Shown here piece after piece: positions 12,501-22,184 of a stretch of DNA of 64,000 bases (positions within the stretch are counted from its first letter, which is position 1; every line of letters starts with the position of its first letter). Source of the DNA: a virus (taxonomy: Duplodnaviria; Caudoviricetes); IMG/VR virus record IMGVR_UViG_3300035703_002708, one strand, 5' to 3'. The notes under the pieces are model-generated. The model saw only the letters and a program-made list of their open reading frames with translations, made no database searches and had not been told where the DNA came from. The position numbers and the translations under genes are program-made.

Positions 12501-15500
12501 AGTTCTTGTTGTGGTAATTTTTTGATTGATGTCTCAGACCAAGTTGAATTACTTGAAACATTAAGCCAATATACTGAAACAACGTTTTTATTTACATCTG
12601 ATGACGGATTTAGTGCGTGTACAAGTTTGGCAAGAGCAGTACCTAACACATTATTTAATTTCACATCATTTAGGGTTTTTATAGATTGTGATGCTTGTAA
12701 TACATTTTTAAATGGTACAGTGGTTTGTCCGACGCAGACGCCAACCCCAACAGAAACTAAAACATCTACGCCAACTTTAACGCCGACAATTACTCCAACA
12801 ATAACTGTAACAAATACCAAAACACCTACAATTACACCAACAATAACAATAACAAGTTCAATTACACCCACTGAAACACCAACATCGACCGTAACTACAA
12901 CTCAAACACCAACAAACACTCAGACTCCAACCGTAACGAAAACCCCTTTGGCGTCACCTCAAGAAACAAGGACTCCTACCCCTACGCCTACTATAACCCC
13001 AACTGAAACACCAACTCAAACTGTAACACCTACTATCACAAATACTCAAACAGTAACAACAACAGAAACACCAACTCAGACTCCTACTATAACAGTTACC
13101 AAAACTGAAACTCCAACAAATACACCAACAGTAACCACAACTATTACCAATACCGCAACTCAAACACTAACCGTAACTAACACGATAACACCAACAGAGA
13201 CTGTCACACCAACAGTTTCACCAACTAACACACCATCAATTTCTGCTACATTGACACCTGGTGTTACCAAAACCCCAACAAGAACAGAAACACCAACTCA
13301 GACTCCTACCAATACAATAACACCAACCATCACACAAACCCCAACACAGACCAAAACCCCAACACAGACACAAACACCAACCAAAACAGAAACACCAACA
13401 GTAACCGCAACAAAAACCCCAACAAAAACACAGACGCCAACCATTACTCCCACAGTTACTCCAACTATTAGTGTAACGCCAACAATAACTCAAACACAAA
13501 TTCAATTTTGTCCTGATTGTGATATAACTGGTAACACTTATTTGGATGGTGTAACACTTACACCAACTGTGACAAGTACAATAACCCCGACAATAACACA
13601 AACATCGACTGTAACACCAACTGTAACACTAACGAACTCAGTAACACCGACTCAAACACAGACAAACACTCAAACGCCTACAATAACCCCAACCACTACT
13701 CTAACACCCACAATAACACCCACAATAACACAAACCCCAACAATAACTCAAACACAGATTCAATTCTGCCCTGACTGTGACATAAGTGGAAACACATACT
13801 TGGATGGAGTTACCCTAACACCAACAGTTACAGGTACTATAACACCTACTATAACTCCAACAAATACTCAAACACCATCAAAAACCCCTACTAAGACCCC
13901 AACTCAAACAAAAACACCTACTAAAACTCAAACACCAACAATAACCCCGACTAAGACCCCAACCCAAACAAAAACCCCTACTAAAACTCCAACCCAAACA
14001 AAAACCCCTACTAAAACTCCCACCCCAACAATAACTCCAACAAAAACAGAAACCCCCACGGTTACTCCCACAAAAACACCAACTAAATCTGTAACACCAA
14101 CAATAACCCCAACCCAAACCCAAACACCAACAGTAACGCCAACAATAACTCAAACACAAATTCAATTTTGTCCTGATTGTGATATAACAGGTAACACTTA
14201 TTTAGATGGGGTAACTTTAACACCTACCGTAACAAGTACTGTAACACCATCTATTTCTCCAACCGCAACAATAACACCGACTATAACTACGACAAAAACT
14301 GTTACACCAACTAGTACACCAACGACATCTGTATCACCATCACTTACTCCAACAACATCAGTATCACCTTCGTTAACACCAACTAATACACAGACTCCTA
14401 CTATAACACAAACACAAATTCAATTCTGTCCTGATTGTGATATAAGTGGTAATACATACTTGGATGGTGTGACGTTAACTCCTACAGTCACAAGTACTGT
14501 AACACCGTCAATTACACCAACAAATACTAAAACACCAACAATAACACCCACCAAAACCAAAACCCCTACCATAACCCCAACAAAAACGGTTACTAATAGT
14601 CAAACACCAACCAAGACCGTTACTAACACCCCAACACAAACCCCAACCCTGACAAGAACACCAAACGAGGCTTGTCCTGATTGTGATATAACCGGTAACA
14701 CATATTTAGATGGAGTAACACTCACTCCAACTGTTACTAGCACAATAACACCATCAATATCACCAACTAGTACAATAACACCATCAATATCACCAACTAG
14801 TACTATAACACCTACCGTAACCCCTACTACGTCAATATCTCCTTCATTAACACCAACAACATCTATATCGCCTTCCCTAACCCCTACACAAACTGTAACA
14901 CCAACCATCACCCAAACTCAAATTTCAACTTGCCCTGATTGTGACATTAGTGGTAACACGTATTTAGATGGAGTAACTTTAACACCTACGGTTACAAGTA
15001 CAATAACTCCATCCATTACCCCAACAACAAGTGTAACACCTACAATAACCCAAACTACTACTATAACACCAACAATTACACCTACAAAAACCCAAACACC
15101 AACAATAACCCCGACAATAACAAAAACACCTACTCAAATTGCGTCATGCCCTGATTGTGATATAACAGGTAACACTTATTTAGATGGTGTAACTTTAACT
15201 CCTACAGTTACATCAACCATAACACCATCGATATCGCCAACCCCAACAGTAACCCCATCAATATCACCAACGTCATCAGTTACTCCTACAGTAACTCCAA
15301 CAACATCAATTTCTCCTTCCTTAACTCCAACAACATCAATTTCTCCTTCCTTAACACCTACGAATACTCAAACACCTACAATAACCAAAACTCAAATTTC
15401 AACTTGCCCTGATTGTGACATTAGTGGCAATACATACTTAGATGGAGTAACTTTAACGCCTACCGTTACAAGTACAGTTACGCCATCGATAACACTAACT

Positions 15501-18500
15501 TCAACTATAACTCCGTCTATTTCTCCAACATCAACTAAAACTCCAACAATAACACCAACCAAAACTCAAACTCCTACTATAACTCCAACTATAACAAAAA
15601 CACCAACTCAAATTGCCGCTTGTCCTGATTGTGATATAACAGGTAACACTTATTTAGATGGAGTAACTTTAACTCCTACGGTTACTAGTACAGTGACTCC
15701 ATCAATCACGCCTACATCAAGTATAACACCTTCAATTTCTCCAACAAAAACTCAAACACCAACAATAACACCAACTACATCGGTATCTCCATCTTTAACA
15801 CCAACATTATCGGTTTCACCGTCATTGACACCTAATGTAACCGTGACACCAACAATTACTCAAACACAAATTCAATTTTGTCCCGATTGTGATATCAGTG
15901 GAAATACATATTTGGACGGAGTCACATTGACTCCAACTGTAACGAGCACAATCACACCATCTTTTACACCAACACAAAGCCAAACTCCAACTGTAACACC
16001 TACAGTTACTACCACAAAAACACCAACTCAAACACAAACACCAACTATAACTCCAACTATAACGCAAACTCCAACTATAACTCCAACTATAACTCAAACT
16101 CAAGTATCATCGTGTCCTGACTGCGATATAACAGGAAACACGTATCTGGATGGTGTAACATTAACCCCAACAGTTACAAGTTCATTAACCCCTTCAATAA
16201 CACCAACATCCTCGGTAACACCAACCAATACTCAAACACCAACAATTACGCCTACTATAACACCGACACAAACTATTACGCCTACTATAACACCGACAAC
16301 GTCAATATCACCATCTTTAACGCCAACTAATACACAAACACCAACAATAACCAAAACTCAAATACAGTTCTGTCCTGATTGTGACATAAGTGGTAATACT
16401 TATTTGGATGGTGTAACTCTGACACCAACAGTCACTTCGACTATTACACCAACAAAAACCCCAACACCAACTAGACCCCAATTAACTTTCAGCGGATGTG
16501 ATGATGTTTTTTCAGGGCAATCATTTAACTTTAGTGGTTTTGGAATGGATTTCACCACGATTTATGATTTAAACCCTTCACTAATATATTCTTTCTCCGC
16601 AAATGGTATTGTGGGATGTTTTAGAATTGTCGAAGGGTTCACTCAAACGTACTATTACCTGACTTCAAACACTGGACAAACTTTTTCAACATGTGGAATA
16701 TGTTCCGAAAATAACCCCATTGAGTCTCAATACCCTGTCATACAACTTTGTCAGTGTAGTGGTTTTACAAATTGTATTTGGTCTAACGGAGATTTTACCT
16801 TCAATACGACAATATTATTTGGGGTGTCTAATCAAATTGGTTGTTGGAAAATGATTTCTACCGCAACAACAACCACTACGGCGGGATATGATGTTCCGAC
16901 AGGACAAACCTACGATAACTGTGTTGAATGTGAAAGTGGTTCGATAAACAGAGTCTTCAGTTCGTGTTGTGGTAATTATGTATTTAATATCGCCGAACCA
17001 CTACAAGGTATTATAGATAATTTATTTTTCGAAAAAATATACGAAATCAATACAGAAGAATTTTCAGGGTGTGCTAGAGTTGTAAGCGGGTTTTCAGAAA
17101 ATAATTATAATTTGACTTCATTAGATACTAATGAATATTTTGATACATGTTTGGATTGTTTAACCGCAACAACAGGTTCTAACATTTGTCCGACATTAAC
17201 ACCAACACCGACAGAAACACCAACACAAACCCCAACTACAACAATAACACCGACCGAGACTGTAACACCAACAATAACACCGACCGAGACTGTAACGCCA
17301 ACACAAACTCCTACCATTACACCGACTAATACTCAAACACCTACAATAACTCAAACAGAAACACCTACTCAGACTCCCACACCTACAGAAACAAAAACAC
17401 CAACTCCAACTCAAACGCCAACAATAACACCAACAATCACTCAAACACCGACTCAAACACCGACTCAAACACCAACACCTACTATAACACCAACGAAAGA
17501 ACCTGATTACGAAGTTTGGGAATTTAGGGATTGTTGTACAGAAACCGATTCGAAATATTACAGAGTATACAATTATCCAAGTGTGGTTTTGGACTCAGTC
17601 GCCCTTTCGGGTGTTTCAGCGCTTTACGATTATGGACTCACATACGTTGATTATAATAATTCCATATATGTGATTGCATCTTTTAACTTAAACGTTGTGG
17701 ATACAAGTACAAACACTCTGACACAAGTTATAGACTTCGGGAATGCGGTTGTGTCACCAACCTATTCTCCTGAAAACCAAAAATTATATGTTAGTGAATA
17801 CGCAATAGATAGATTAGTAGTTGTTGACGTTACCACTAATACTACGGCTTCAACAATCAATGTCGGTACTTACCCTGCGGTGTTATACTACAATTCAACT
17901 TATGAAAAGTTATACACACTAAATTTAAATTCAAATGACGTAACTGTTGTTGATACTACATCAGACACTGTACTCATAAACGTTAGTGTTAGCGGTTCAC
18001 CTATTAGTTATGTTTATAACCAAGACAACGAGTACTTATATATCTTCCACACAAATAGTAATTACGTTTCTGTTATTGACACTTTTGACGACAGTATTGT
18101 AACAACCATTAATTTGGGAGCTCAATGTGACTCTGGTATATATGACCCTACAAATCAACGCATTTATTGTTGGGGTTGGGGTGATGGTAATTACGTTAAA
18201 GTTATCAATACAAATACAAACACATTTTCAAACACAATAACGACAACATTACTCCCTTACAATAGACAATCACAAATAGTCGGAAATTACTTGTATATTC
18301 CTTGTAATTTAGGGATTGAAGTAATTGAACTTTCAAGTCAAACGTCATATACCTCAATAGTTGTTCCAGTGGGTTCGGTCGAACAAATAATCCTAAACCC
18401 AACCAACGGATATTTGTATGTAACCTTTACAAACTTAGGAGTTGTTATTATAGACCCATCGTCAAACGAAATAATCCAAACAAACACTAGTTTTTTAACC

Positions 18501-21500
18501 TCAGGATATTACATACCACAAACAGGTTATATATATTATAACGGTACGAATCCAAGTCCACAATTACAAGTTGTGGGTGAAATTTTCAGGTCTTGGAATG
18601 TAGGAGATGTTGTGAACGACTTATCAAACGGACAATGTTATTCTGCGTACCAATTGGTTTCACCATCGACACCATACTCACAAAATGTTTCAATTACATC
18701 TTACACCGATTGCTGGTCTTGTGTCCAAGCGATAGGTTGTCCTTTCATTTTCGAGGATTGTCAATCAGGAACAACACAATTTACAATTAATGTGATACCA
18801 ACAGGTCAAACACCTCAGTACGGAACAAATTACTCTTATGAATTAGTTTCAGGGGACACAACAGTTACCGCATATGGTGGAGACTCAGGAAATGAGGCGT
18901 GTTTGTTTTTCACAGAAATACCAACTTTGGGAATAGTTTCTATATATCCAGTATCACCAATCCAAAACCCCCTAATTGGAGATTGTATAACTTGTGAAAC
19001 ATCCTACCCAAGTTACCCAACACGAGCCAAATTTACAGATTGTTGCACTCAAACTGAAGAAATATATTTTAATATAAATTACCCAAGTATTCAGTGGATG
19101 ATAGGAGATGTTGTGTTATACACCATACCAAACAGTGATACAAAAAAATGTTACGAATTAATTGAATTTGATACTTTTAATACGTTCCCTGCTGGTGTAT
19201 GGAATTTCAATGACCCCGACTATAAGGGCTCACCATACAACTGTGAAAAATGTTTTGCCTTTAACAAATGTGAATGTCAAGAAGTTTTCACACCATATGA
19301 CTTTTTAAGTTGTTGTGACAATTCTACAATACTTGTTATGGGTATTTTACCTGAAAACTTTGTTTTAGGAAATGTGGTTATGTATGAAGGAGTACCATAC
19401 TCGATGATTGGTCCTTCAGTAAATCCGATTGATGGTGGTTGTTTTGCAGTTTTTGATTACGTTGACTGTACTGCGGCAAATAATGAGGAGGTTAATCCTT
19501 GCGGATTTAGTTTAGGTCAGTACGAATATTGTTGTAACACTTCTGAGATTATTGAAGTGTGGGAACCAGGTTATACAAACTCAAGTTATACAAACTTTTT
19601 ATATAATAATAAATGTTGGAATAGACGTGGTAATGGAGCAGGAACAACAGGCGAAACTATTTTTTGGACAGGATACACTTCGTGTGAAGAGTGTTATCCA
19701 AATTCAATAGGATATGTTTTAAGTTCTTGTACAATAGACGGTTTGACAATCACAGCACAAACTTCTGATTACAGTACATTGAATGTTAATAGTTTTTACA
19801 ATTTCACATCAGGAATTACTGATACTTTTTATTACGATTCAACATTTGTTTATGGTACAGGTTTTGGTTATACAGGTTCCTCTGTTGGTCAAGTAAATGA
19901 TATAATTTATTATCCACCAAAAGATGACCTATTCTTCGGTGGTATTTTCAACTCATATGATGGCACATCTGTAAATAACTATGCAAGAATCGACAATCTT
20001 GGAAATTTTGTTGGACTATTTGATGCAACTGGTTTAAATACTGGAGATACTTCCTTTATAAGTCAAATCGGAATTCAATCCAATGAAAAACTTATTGTTG
20101 TTGGTAATTTTACATCCTACAGTAGTAATAATGTTGGAAGAATAGTTAGGACTAATTCTGAGGGTGCTTATGACAACACATTTTCAGGTGACACTGGTTT
20201 TAACAATTTAGTTATCGATATTGCAATAAACAATTCAGACCAAATATATTGTGCGGGGGTCTTTTCAACGTATAGAAGTTTTTCGGCCATAGGATTAGCG
20301 AGATTAGGTCCTGACGGTATTTTTGACACAGGATTTACTTCTCATTTCACTTCCGCCACAAACCTAAAAATCAGAGAAATAGAAGTCCAAACTGATAATA
20401 AATTGATAGTTGTGGGGGACATTCCTAATTTATATAGTGGAATTACTTTCGGACCAATTAGAAGATTGAATTCTGATGGTAGTATAGATTTTTCTTTCTC
20501 TGGAACTGTTAGTGGCTTTGGTGGTTCTATTGCTTCGGTAGAAATACAAAATGATGGAAAAATAGTGTGTGGTGGTAATTTTACGACGGCAAACGCACAA
20601 ACCTTGTCAGGTATGGTTAGGTTTACAAGTGGTGGCACTGTTGATAATACCTTTAATGCTCAATCATGGATTTCGACCTATAACATAGAATCCATTTCAA
20701 AAATTAAACTTTTAGAAGACGGTAAATTTTTGGTATATGGTGGGGACTTAAGTCTCAATCGGTATGTGTTTTATATCGGAACTAATGGAGAGTTATTACA
20801 AACAATACAAATCAATGGAGGTGGTGTCTCTGATATAGAAAATTTATTACCTGGCAGTGGAAGATACGTCTTAGGTGGTAACTTTACAGGAGTAACGATA
20901 AATAGTGTTTCATACAGCGCCAATAGTGTATTTGCAATTGAACGTGTGGTTGAAAATTGTTTTAAAGTCATTGATACCGTAACTGGTTGTACTGCATCTG
21001 AGGCAACAATAGTAGTTGCGGGTACTGAATATGCTTCATGTGCAAGTTGTTTGATACCTCCTACAATGACACCAACACCAACTCAGACACCGACAATAAC
21101 TCCAACTAAAACACCAAGTCCAACACCAACACAGACTAAAACTCCTACGCAAACCCCAACTCAGACTCCAACTCAGACCCCTACGCAGACACAAACACCT
21201 ACCGAAACGCCGACACAAACGCCAACACAGACCCCTACTCAAACTCCTACTCAAACTCCTACTCAAACACAGACACCAACACAAACACAGACACCAACAC
21301 CGAGTAGATTCCCTGACTGTGTTGATTGTGAATTATCAGGACTTTCATATTATTCTGGTTACAGTGATTGTACATGTTATTCAATAACTATGACCACTCT
21401 TGCCGCGGTATTTGCGTACAACTGTTACGGAGTGTATACAGTAATTCTAACATCAGGAACATATTGTTTAAGAGAAATAGTTGACTCAAATGGAAATACA

Positions 21501-22139
21501 GTGATATCTCAAGGGTCATGTGAATCAGGTGTATGTGCTTCACCTACACCAACGCCAACACAGACACCAACGCCAACAATGACACCTAGTAAAACTCCTC
21601 CAATTACACCAACACCAACAAAGTTATGTTGTGCACCAACAATAACTAATGTAGACTTCGGAACCAATACAATTAGAAACTTCGATTGGATGGATGTGTT
21701 TTACACACAAGGATGTGGGTTAGCGGACGGATATATAGTGACACTACAAACAGCAAACGCTAGTTACATTTACAATGTACCCACACCAAATCCTGAAGGT
21801 TATTTCAGAGTTAATTACGTGGCATCAAGAGGTGGAATAATCTCAATTACAAAAGTCTGCGATAACGGAGCACTTTTGGTTTCTAACCAATATTATGTCG
21901 GTAAACCAGGGTCATCATTCCTACTCGTAAGATGGACAAGGTGCCCAAGTTTCGGAACTTCTATACCTTTCTATACATACGTTTACTCTAATGTACAACA
22001 GTCCCCATCTCCTAGTTCGATATACACACCATCAGGTAACCCACTTAATGGTGTTTACACCAGTGCCACTACGTTAAACGAAGGACCTATTGATAGATAC
22101 CTAAATGGTACATACTGGCAATCAGGTTCGTGCCCATAA
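9567..22139 (+). CDS. Giant (4190 aa) mucin-like fibre/adhesin protein with two delta-60-repeat propellers, one YVTN-type propeller, many Cys modules and Thr/Pro tracts
   Basis: Delta-60 motifs (QNDNKILVGGNF, QNDGKILVG, QNDGKIVCGGNF) at ~10860-11925 and ~19850-20945. YVTN-like repeats (TINVGTYPAVLYYN...KLYTLNLNSNDVTVVD) at ~17585-18590. Twelve CPDCDI(T/S)GNTYLDG repeats. Confidence 0.8.
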   Translation: MCELILTGLTYSCGPYTIDLCDCQGGNCIKIIVTPDVGNLTGTITYPDGSSETYENGIIDINIPEGYSEDDCIIFTVFNSDGEPVVDKPEPPNFSQTPTPGLTPTPTKTINYVEPPRPGGGGPGIVLDFPSQTPTLTPTPSPATPTPTVSLTNTPTVTVTTTLTQTMTVTPTVTPTPLTPNLGFSSCCDNSFFSLKEETQFISTLDPTKTYYIQTNEFVGCVTIVSQRPTDFFEFISISSGYVDCVDCLSATTGNNFCPTQTPTPTITITPTRPIKAFKDCCENIYIGLTEESELLYSLDPNKSYYLVTDGYSGCTTIVNEQPTLYYNFVSILEYNDCDLCRIDKVGVICPSPTPTVTSTPTVTPTVTPTITSTPTITPTITPTFVEKFCYELSACTTNLVYSGCSPLSLNLDKTYQILLDIDEGSRNTKLQTGTGFNGSVFTVEYQNDNKILVGGNFSQYNGLSTSNEIIRLNQDGSIDNTFNYAGPSYVYINDIVEQNDGKILVGLGQVFGNSGNILQRLNSDGSLDGTFTPLTCPNGGAISKILILPDSTIVIGGTFNNPNSTFFHKLIRLFPDGSVDPFFGTGGFLPNLGVESVYDVDVLSDGTLICVGSFSEYKFISANKIVPILPNGTINVGFSYGSGFDDDVYAVKVLNDDSILVGGKFTQYNGTSSSCVIKLLSDGSIDTSFVVGSGFSGGVVYDITVDTSGDYIFVGDFTDYKNQTANGIIKLDSNGDIVTTFVTGIGLDNTGYKIDVNSDGSEIIVGGIFSSYNNCVNNNLVSIINSVTSVTDCFTIINSGSCSCCQNTIVSASTEYINCNDCLVLTPTPTPTPTITPTNTKTQTITPTISVTKTVTRTLNPTRTPTHTPTPTVTPTNLIPIFSSCCGTINIQFTDPNVALGLTIGEFYFVEADSYSACTLLTLGYPNLILDTATGVTTVTDCVTCITDYLPSGICPTPTQTPTSTLTPTPTILPIVLSSCCGNFLIDVSDQVELLETLSQYTETTFLFTSDDGFSACTSLARAVPNTLFNFTSFRVFIDCDACNTFLNGTVVCPTQTPTPTETKTSTPTLTPTITPTITVTNTKTPTITPTITITSSITPTETPTSTVTTTQTPTNTQTPTVTKTPLASPQETRTPTPTPTITPTETPTQTVTPTITNTQTVTTTETPTQTPTITVTKTETPTNTPTVTTTITNTATQTLTVTNTITPTETVTPTVSPTNTPSISATLTPGVTKTPTRTETPTQTPTNTITPTITQTPTQTKTPTQTQTPTKTETPTVTATKTPTKTQTPTITPTVTPTISVTPTITQTQIQFCPDCDITGNTYLDGVTLTPTVTSTITPTITQTSTVTPTVTLTNSVTPTQTQTNTQTPTITPTTTLTPTITPTITQTPTITQTQIQFCPDCDISGNTYLDGVTLTPTVTGTITPTITPTNTQTPSKTPTKTPTQTKTPTKTQTPTITPTKTPTQTKTPTKTPTQTKTPTKTPTPTITPTKTETPTVTPTKTPTKSVTPTITPTQTQTPTVTPTITQTQIQFCPDCDITGNTYLDGVTLTPTVTSTVTPSISPTATITPTITTTKTVTPTSTPTTSVSPSLTPTTSVSPSLTPTNTQTPTITQTQIQFCPDCDISGNTYLDGVTLTPTVTSTVTPSITPTNTKTPTITPTKTKTPTITPTKTVTNSQTPTKTVTNTPTQTPTLTRTPNEACPDCDITGNTYLDGVTLTPTVTSTITPSISPTSTITPSISPTSTITPTVTPTTSISPSLTPTTSISPSLTPTQTVTPTITQTQISTCPDCDISGNTYLDGVTLTPTVTSTITPSITPTTSVTPTITQTTTITPTITPTKTQTPTITPTITKTPTQIASCPDCDITGNTYLDGVTLTPTVTSTITPSISPTPTVTPSISPTSSVTPTVTPTTSISPSLTPTTSISPSLTPTNTQTPTITKTQISTCPDCDISGNTYLDGVTLTPTVTSTVTPSITLTSTITPSISPTSTKTPTITPTKTQTPTITPTITKTPTQIAACPDCDITGNTYLDGVTLTPTVTSTVTPSITPTSSITPSISPTKTQTPTITPTTSVSPSLTPTLSVSPSLTPNVTVTPTITQTQIQFCPDCDISGNTYLDGVTLTPTVTSTITPSFTPTQSQTPTVTPTVTTTKTPTQTQTPTITPTITQTPTITPTITQTQVSSCPDCDITGNTYLDGVTLTPTVTSSLTPSITPTSSVTPTNTQTPTITPTITPTQTITPTITPTTSISPSLTPTNTQTPTITKTQIQFCPDCDISGNTYLDGVTLTPTVTSTITPTKTPTPTRPQLTFSGCDDVFSGQSFNFSGFGMDFTTIYDLNPSLIYSFSANGIVGCFRIVEGFTQTYYYLTSNTGQTFSTCGICSENNPIESQYPVIQLCQCSGFTNCIWSNGDFTFNTTILFGVSNQIGCWKMISTATTTTTAGYDVPTGQTYDNCVECESGSINRVFSSCCGNYVFNIAEPLQGIIDNLFFEKIYEINTEEFSGCARVVSGFSENNYNLTSLDTNEYFDTCLDCLTATTGSNICPTLTPTPTETPTQTPTTTITPTETVTPTITPTETVTPTQTPTITPTNTQTPTITQTETPTQTPTPTETKTPTPTQTPTITPTITQTPTQTPTQTPTPTITPTKEPDYEVWEFRDCCTETDSKYYRVYNYPSVVLDSVALSGVSALYDYGLTYVDYNNSIYVIASFNLNVVDTSTNTLTQVIDFGNAVVSPTYSPENQKLYVSEYAIDRLVVVDVTTNTTASTINVGTYPAVLYYNSTYEKLYTLNLNSNDVTVVDTTSDTVLINVSVSGSPISYVYNQDNEYLYIFHTNSNYVSVIDTFDDSIVTTINLGAQCDSGIYDPTNQRIYCWGWGDGNYVKVINTNTNTFSNTITTTLLPYNRQSQIVGNYLYIPCNLGIEVIELSSQTSYTSIVVPVGSVEQIILNPTNGYLYVTFTNLGVVIIDPSSNEIIQTNTSFLTSGYYIPQTGYIYYNGTNPSPQLQVVGEIFRSWNVGDVVNDLSNGQCYSAYQLVSPSTPYSQNVSITSYTDCWSCVQAIGCPFIFEDCQSGTTQFTINVIPTGQTPQYGTNYSYELVSGDTTVTAYGGDSGNEACLFFTEIPTLGIVSIYPVSPIQNPLIGDCITCETSYPSYPTRAKFTDCCTQTEEIYFNINYPSIQWMIGDVVLYTIPNSDTKKCYELIEFDTFNTFPAGVWNFNDPDYKGSPYNCEKCFAFNKCECQEVFTPYDFLSCCDNSTILVMGILPENFVLGNVVMYEGVPYSMIGPSVNPIDGGCFAVFDYVDCTAANNEEVNPCGFSLGQYEYCCNTSEIIEVWEPGYTNSSYTNFLYNNKCWNRRGNGAGTTGETIFWTGYTSCEECYPNSIGYVLSSCTIDGLTITAQTSDYSTLNVNSFYNFTSGITDTFYYDSTFVYGTGFGYTGSSVGQVNDIIYYPPKDDLFFGGIFNSYDGTSVNNYARIDNLGNFVGLFDATGLNTGDTSFISQIGIQSNEKLIVVGNFTSYSSNNVGRIVRTNSEGAYDNTFSGDTGFNNLVIDIAINNSDQIYCAGVFSTYRSFSAIGLARLGPDGIFDTGFTSHFTSATNLKIREIEVQTDNKLIVVGDIPNLYSGITFGPIRRLNSDGSIDFSFSGTVSGFGGSIASVEIQNDGKIVCGGNFTTANAQTLSGMVRFTSGGTVDNTFNAQSWISTYNIESISKIKLLEDGKFLVYGGDLSLNRYVFYIGTNGELLQTIQINGGGVSDIENLLPGSGRYVLGGNFTGVTINSVSYSANSVFAIERVVENCFKVIDTVTGCTASEATIVVAGTEYASCASCLIPPTMTPTPTQTPTITPTKTPSPTPTQTKTPTQTPTQTPTQTPTQTQTPTETPTQTPTQTPTQTPTQTPTQTQTPTQTQTPTPSRFPDCVDCELSGLSYYSGYSDCTCYSITMTTLAAVFAYNCYGVYTVILTSGTYCLREIVDSNGNTVISQGSCESGVCASPTPTPTQTPTPTMTPSKTPPITPTPTKLCCAPTITNVDFGTNTIRNFDWMDVFYTQGCGLADGYIVTLQTANASYIYNVPTPNPEGYFRVNYVASRGGIISITKVCDNGALLVSNQYYVGKPGSSFLLVRWTRCPSFGTSIPFYTYVYSNVQQSPSPSSIYTPSGNPLNGVYTSATTLNEGPIDRYLNGTYWQSGSCP
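13509..16430 (+). repeat. Array of 12 CPDCDI(T/S)GNTYLDGVTLTPTVT motifs separated by Thr/Pro linkers; higher-order two-unit repeat
   Basis: First Cys codons at 13509, 13767, 14169, 14427, 14673, 14931, 15147, 15405, 15621, 15879, 16113 and 16371. Confidence 0.95.
13881..14040 (+). repeat. 30-nt tandem coding repeat (TPTKTPTQTK-like)
   Basis: Near-identical aaaacccctactaaaactccaacccaaaca units inside the giant ORF. Confidence 0.8.
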
Positions 22140-22184
22140 AAAAAGAAAAAAATGAAATAAACACATATTTATAAATAAAAAAAA

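Noticed and set aside
13509-16430. Regularly spaced repeats resembling a CRISPR array or a DGR template/variable pair
   Set aside because: Repeats are in frame, vary at synonymous positions, have spacers over 200 nt, and there are no cas or reverse transcriptase genes in the window.
1937-21284. Many Val/Gly- or Cys/Trp/Ser-rich minus-strand ORFs (e.g. 1937-2431, 12413-12871, 13236-13601, 14600-14911)
   Set aside because: Antisense readings of ACN/CCN-rich Thr/Pro repeats, which naturally lack stop codons.
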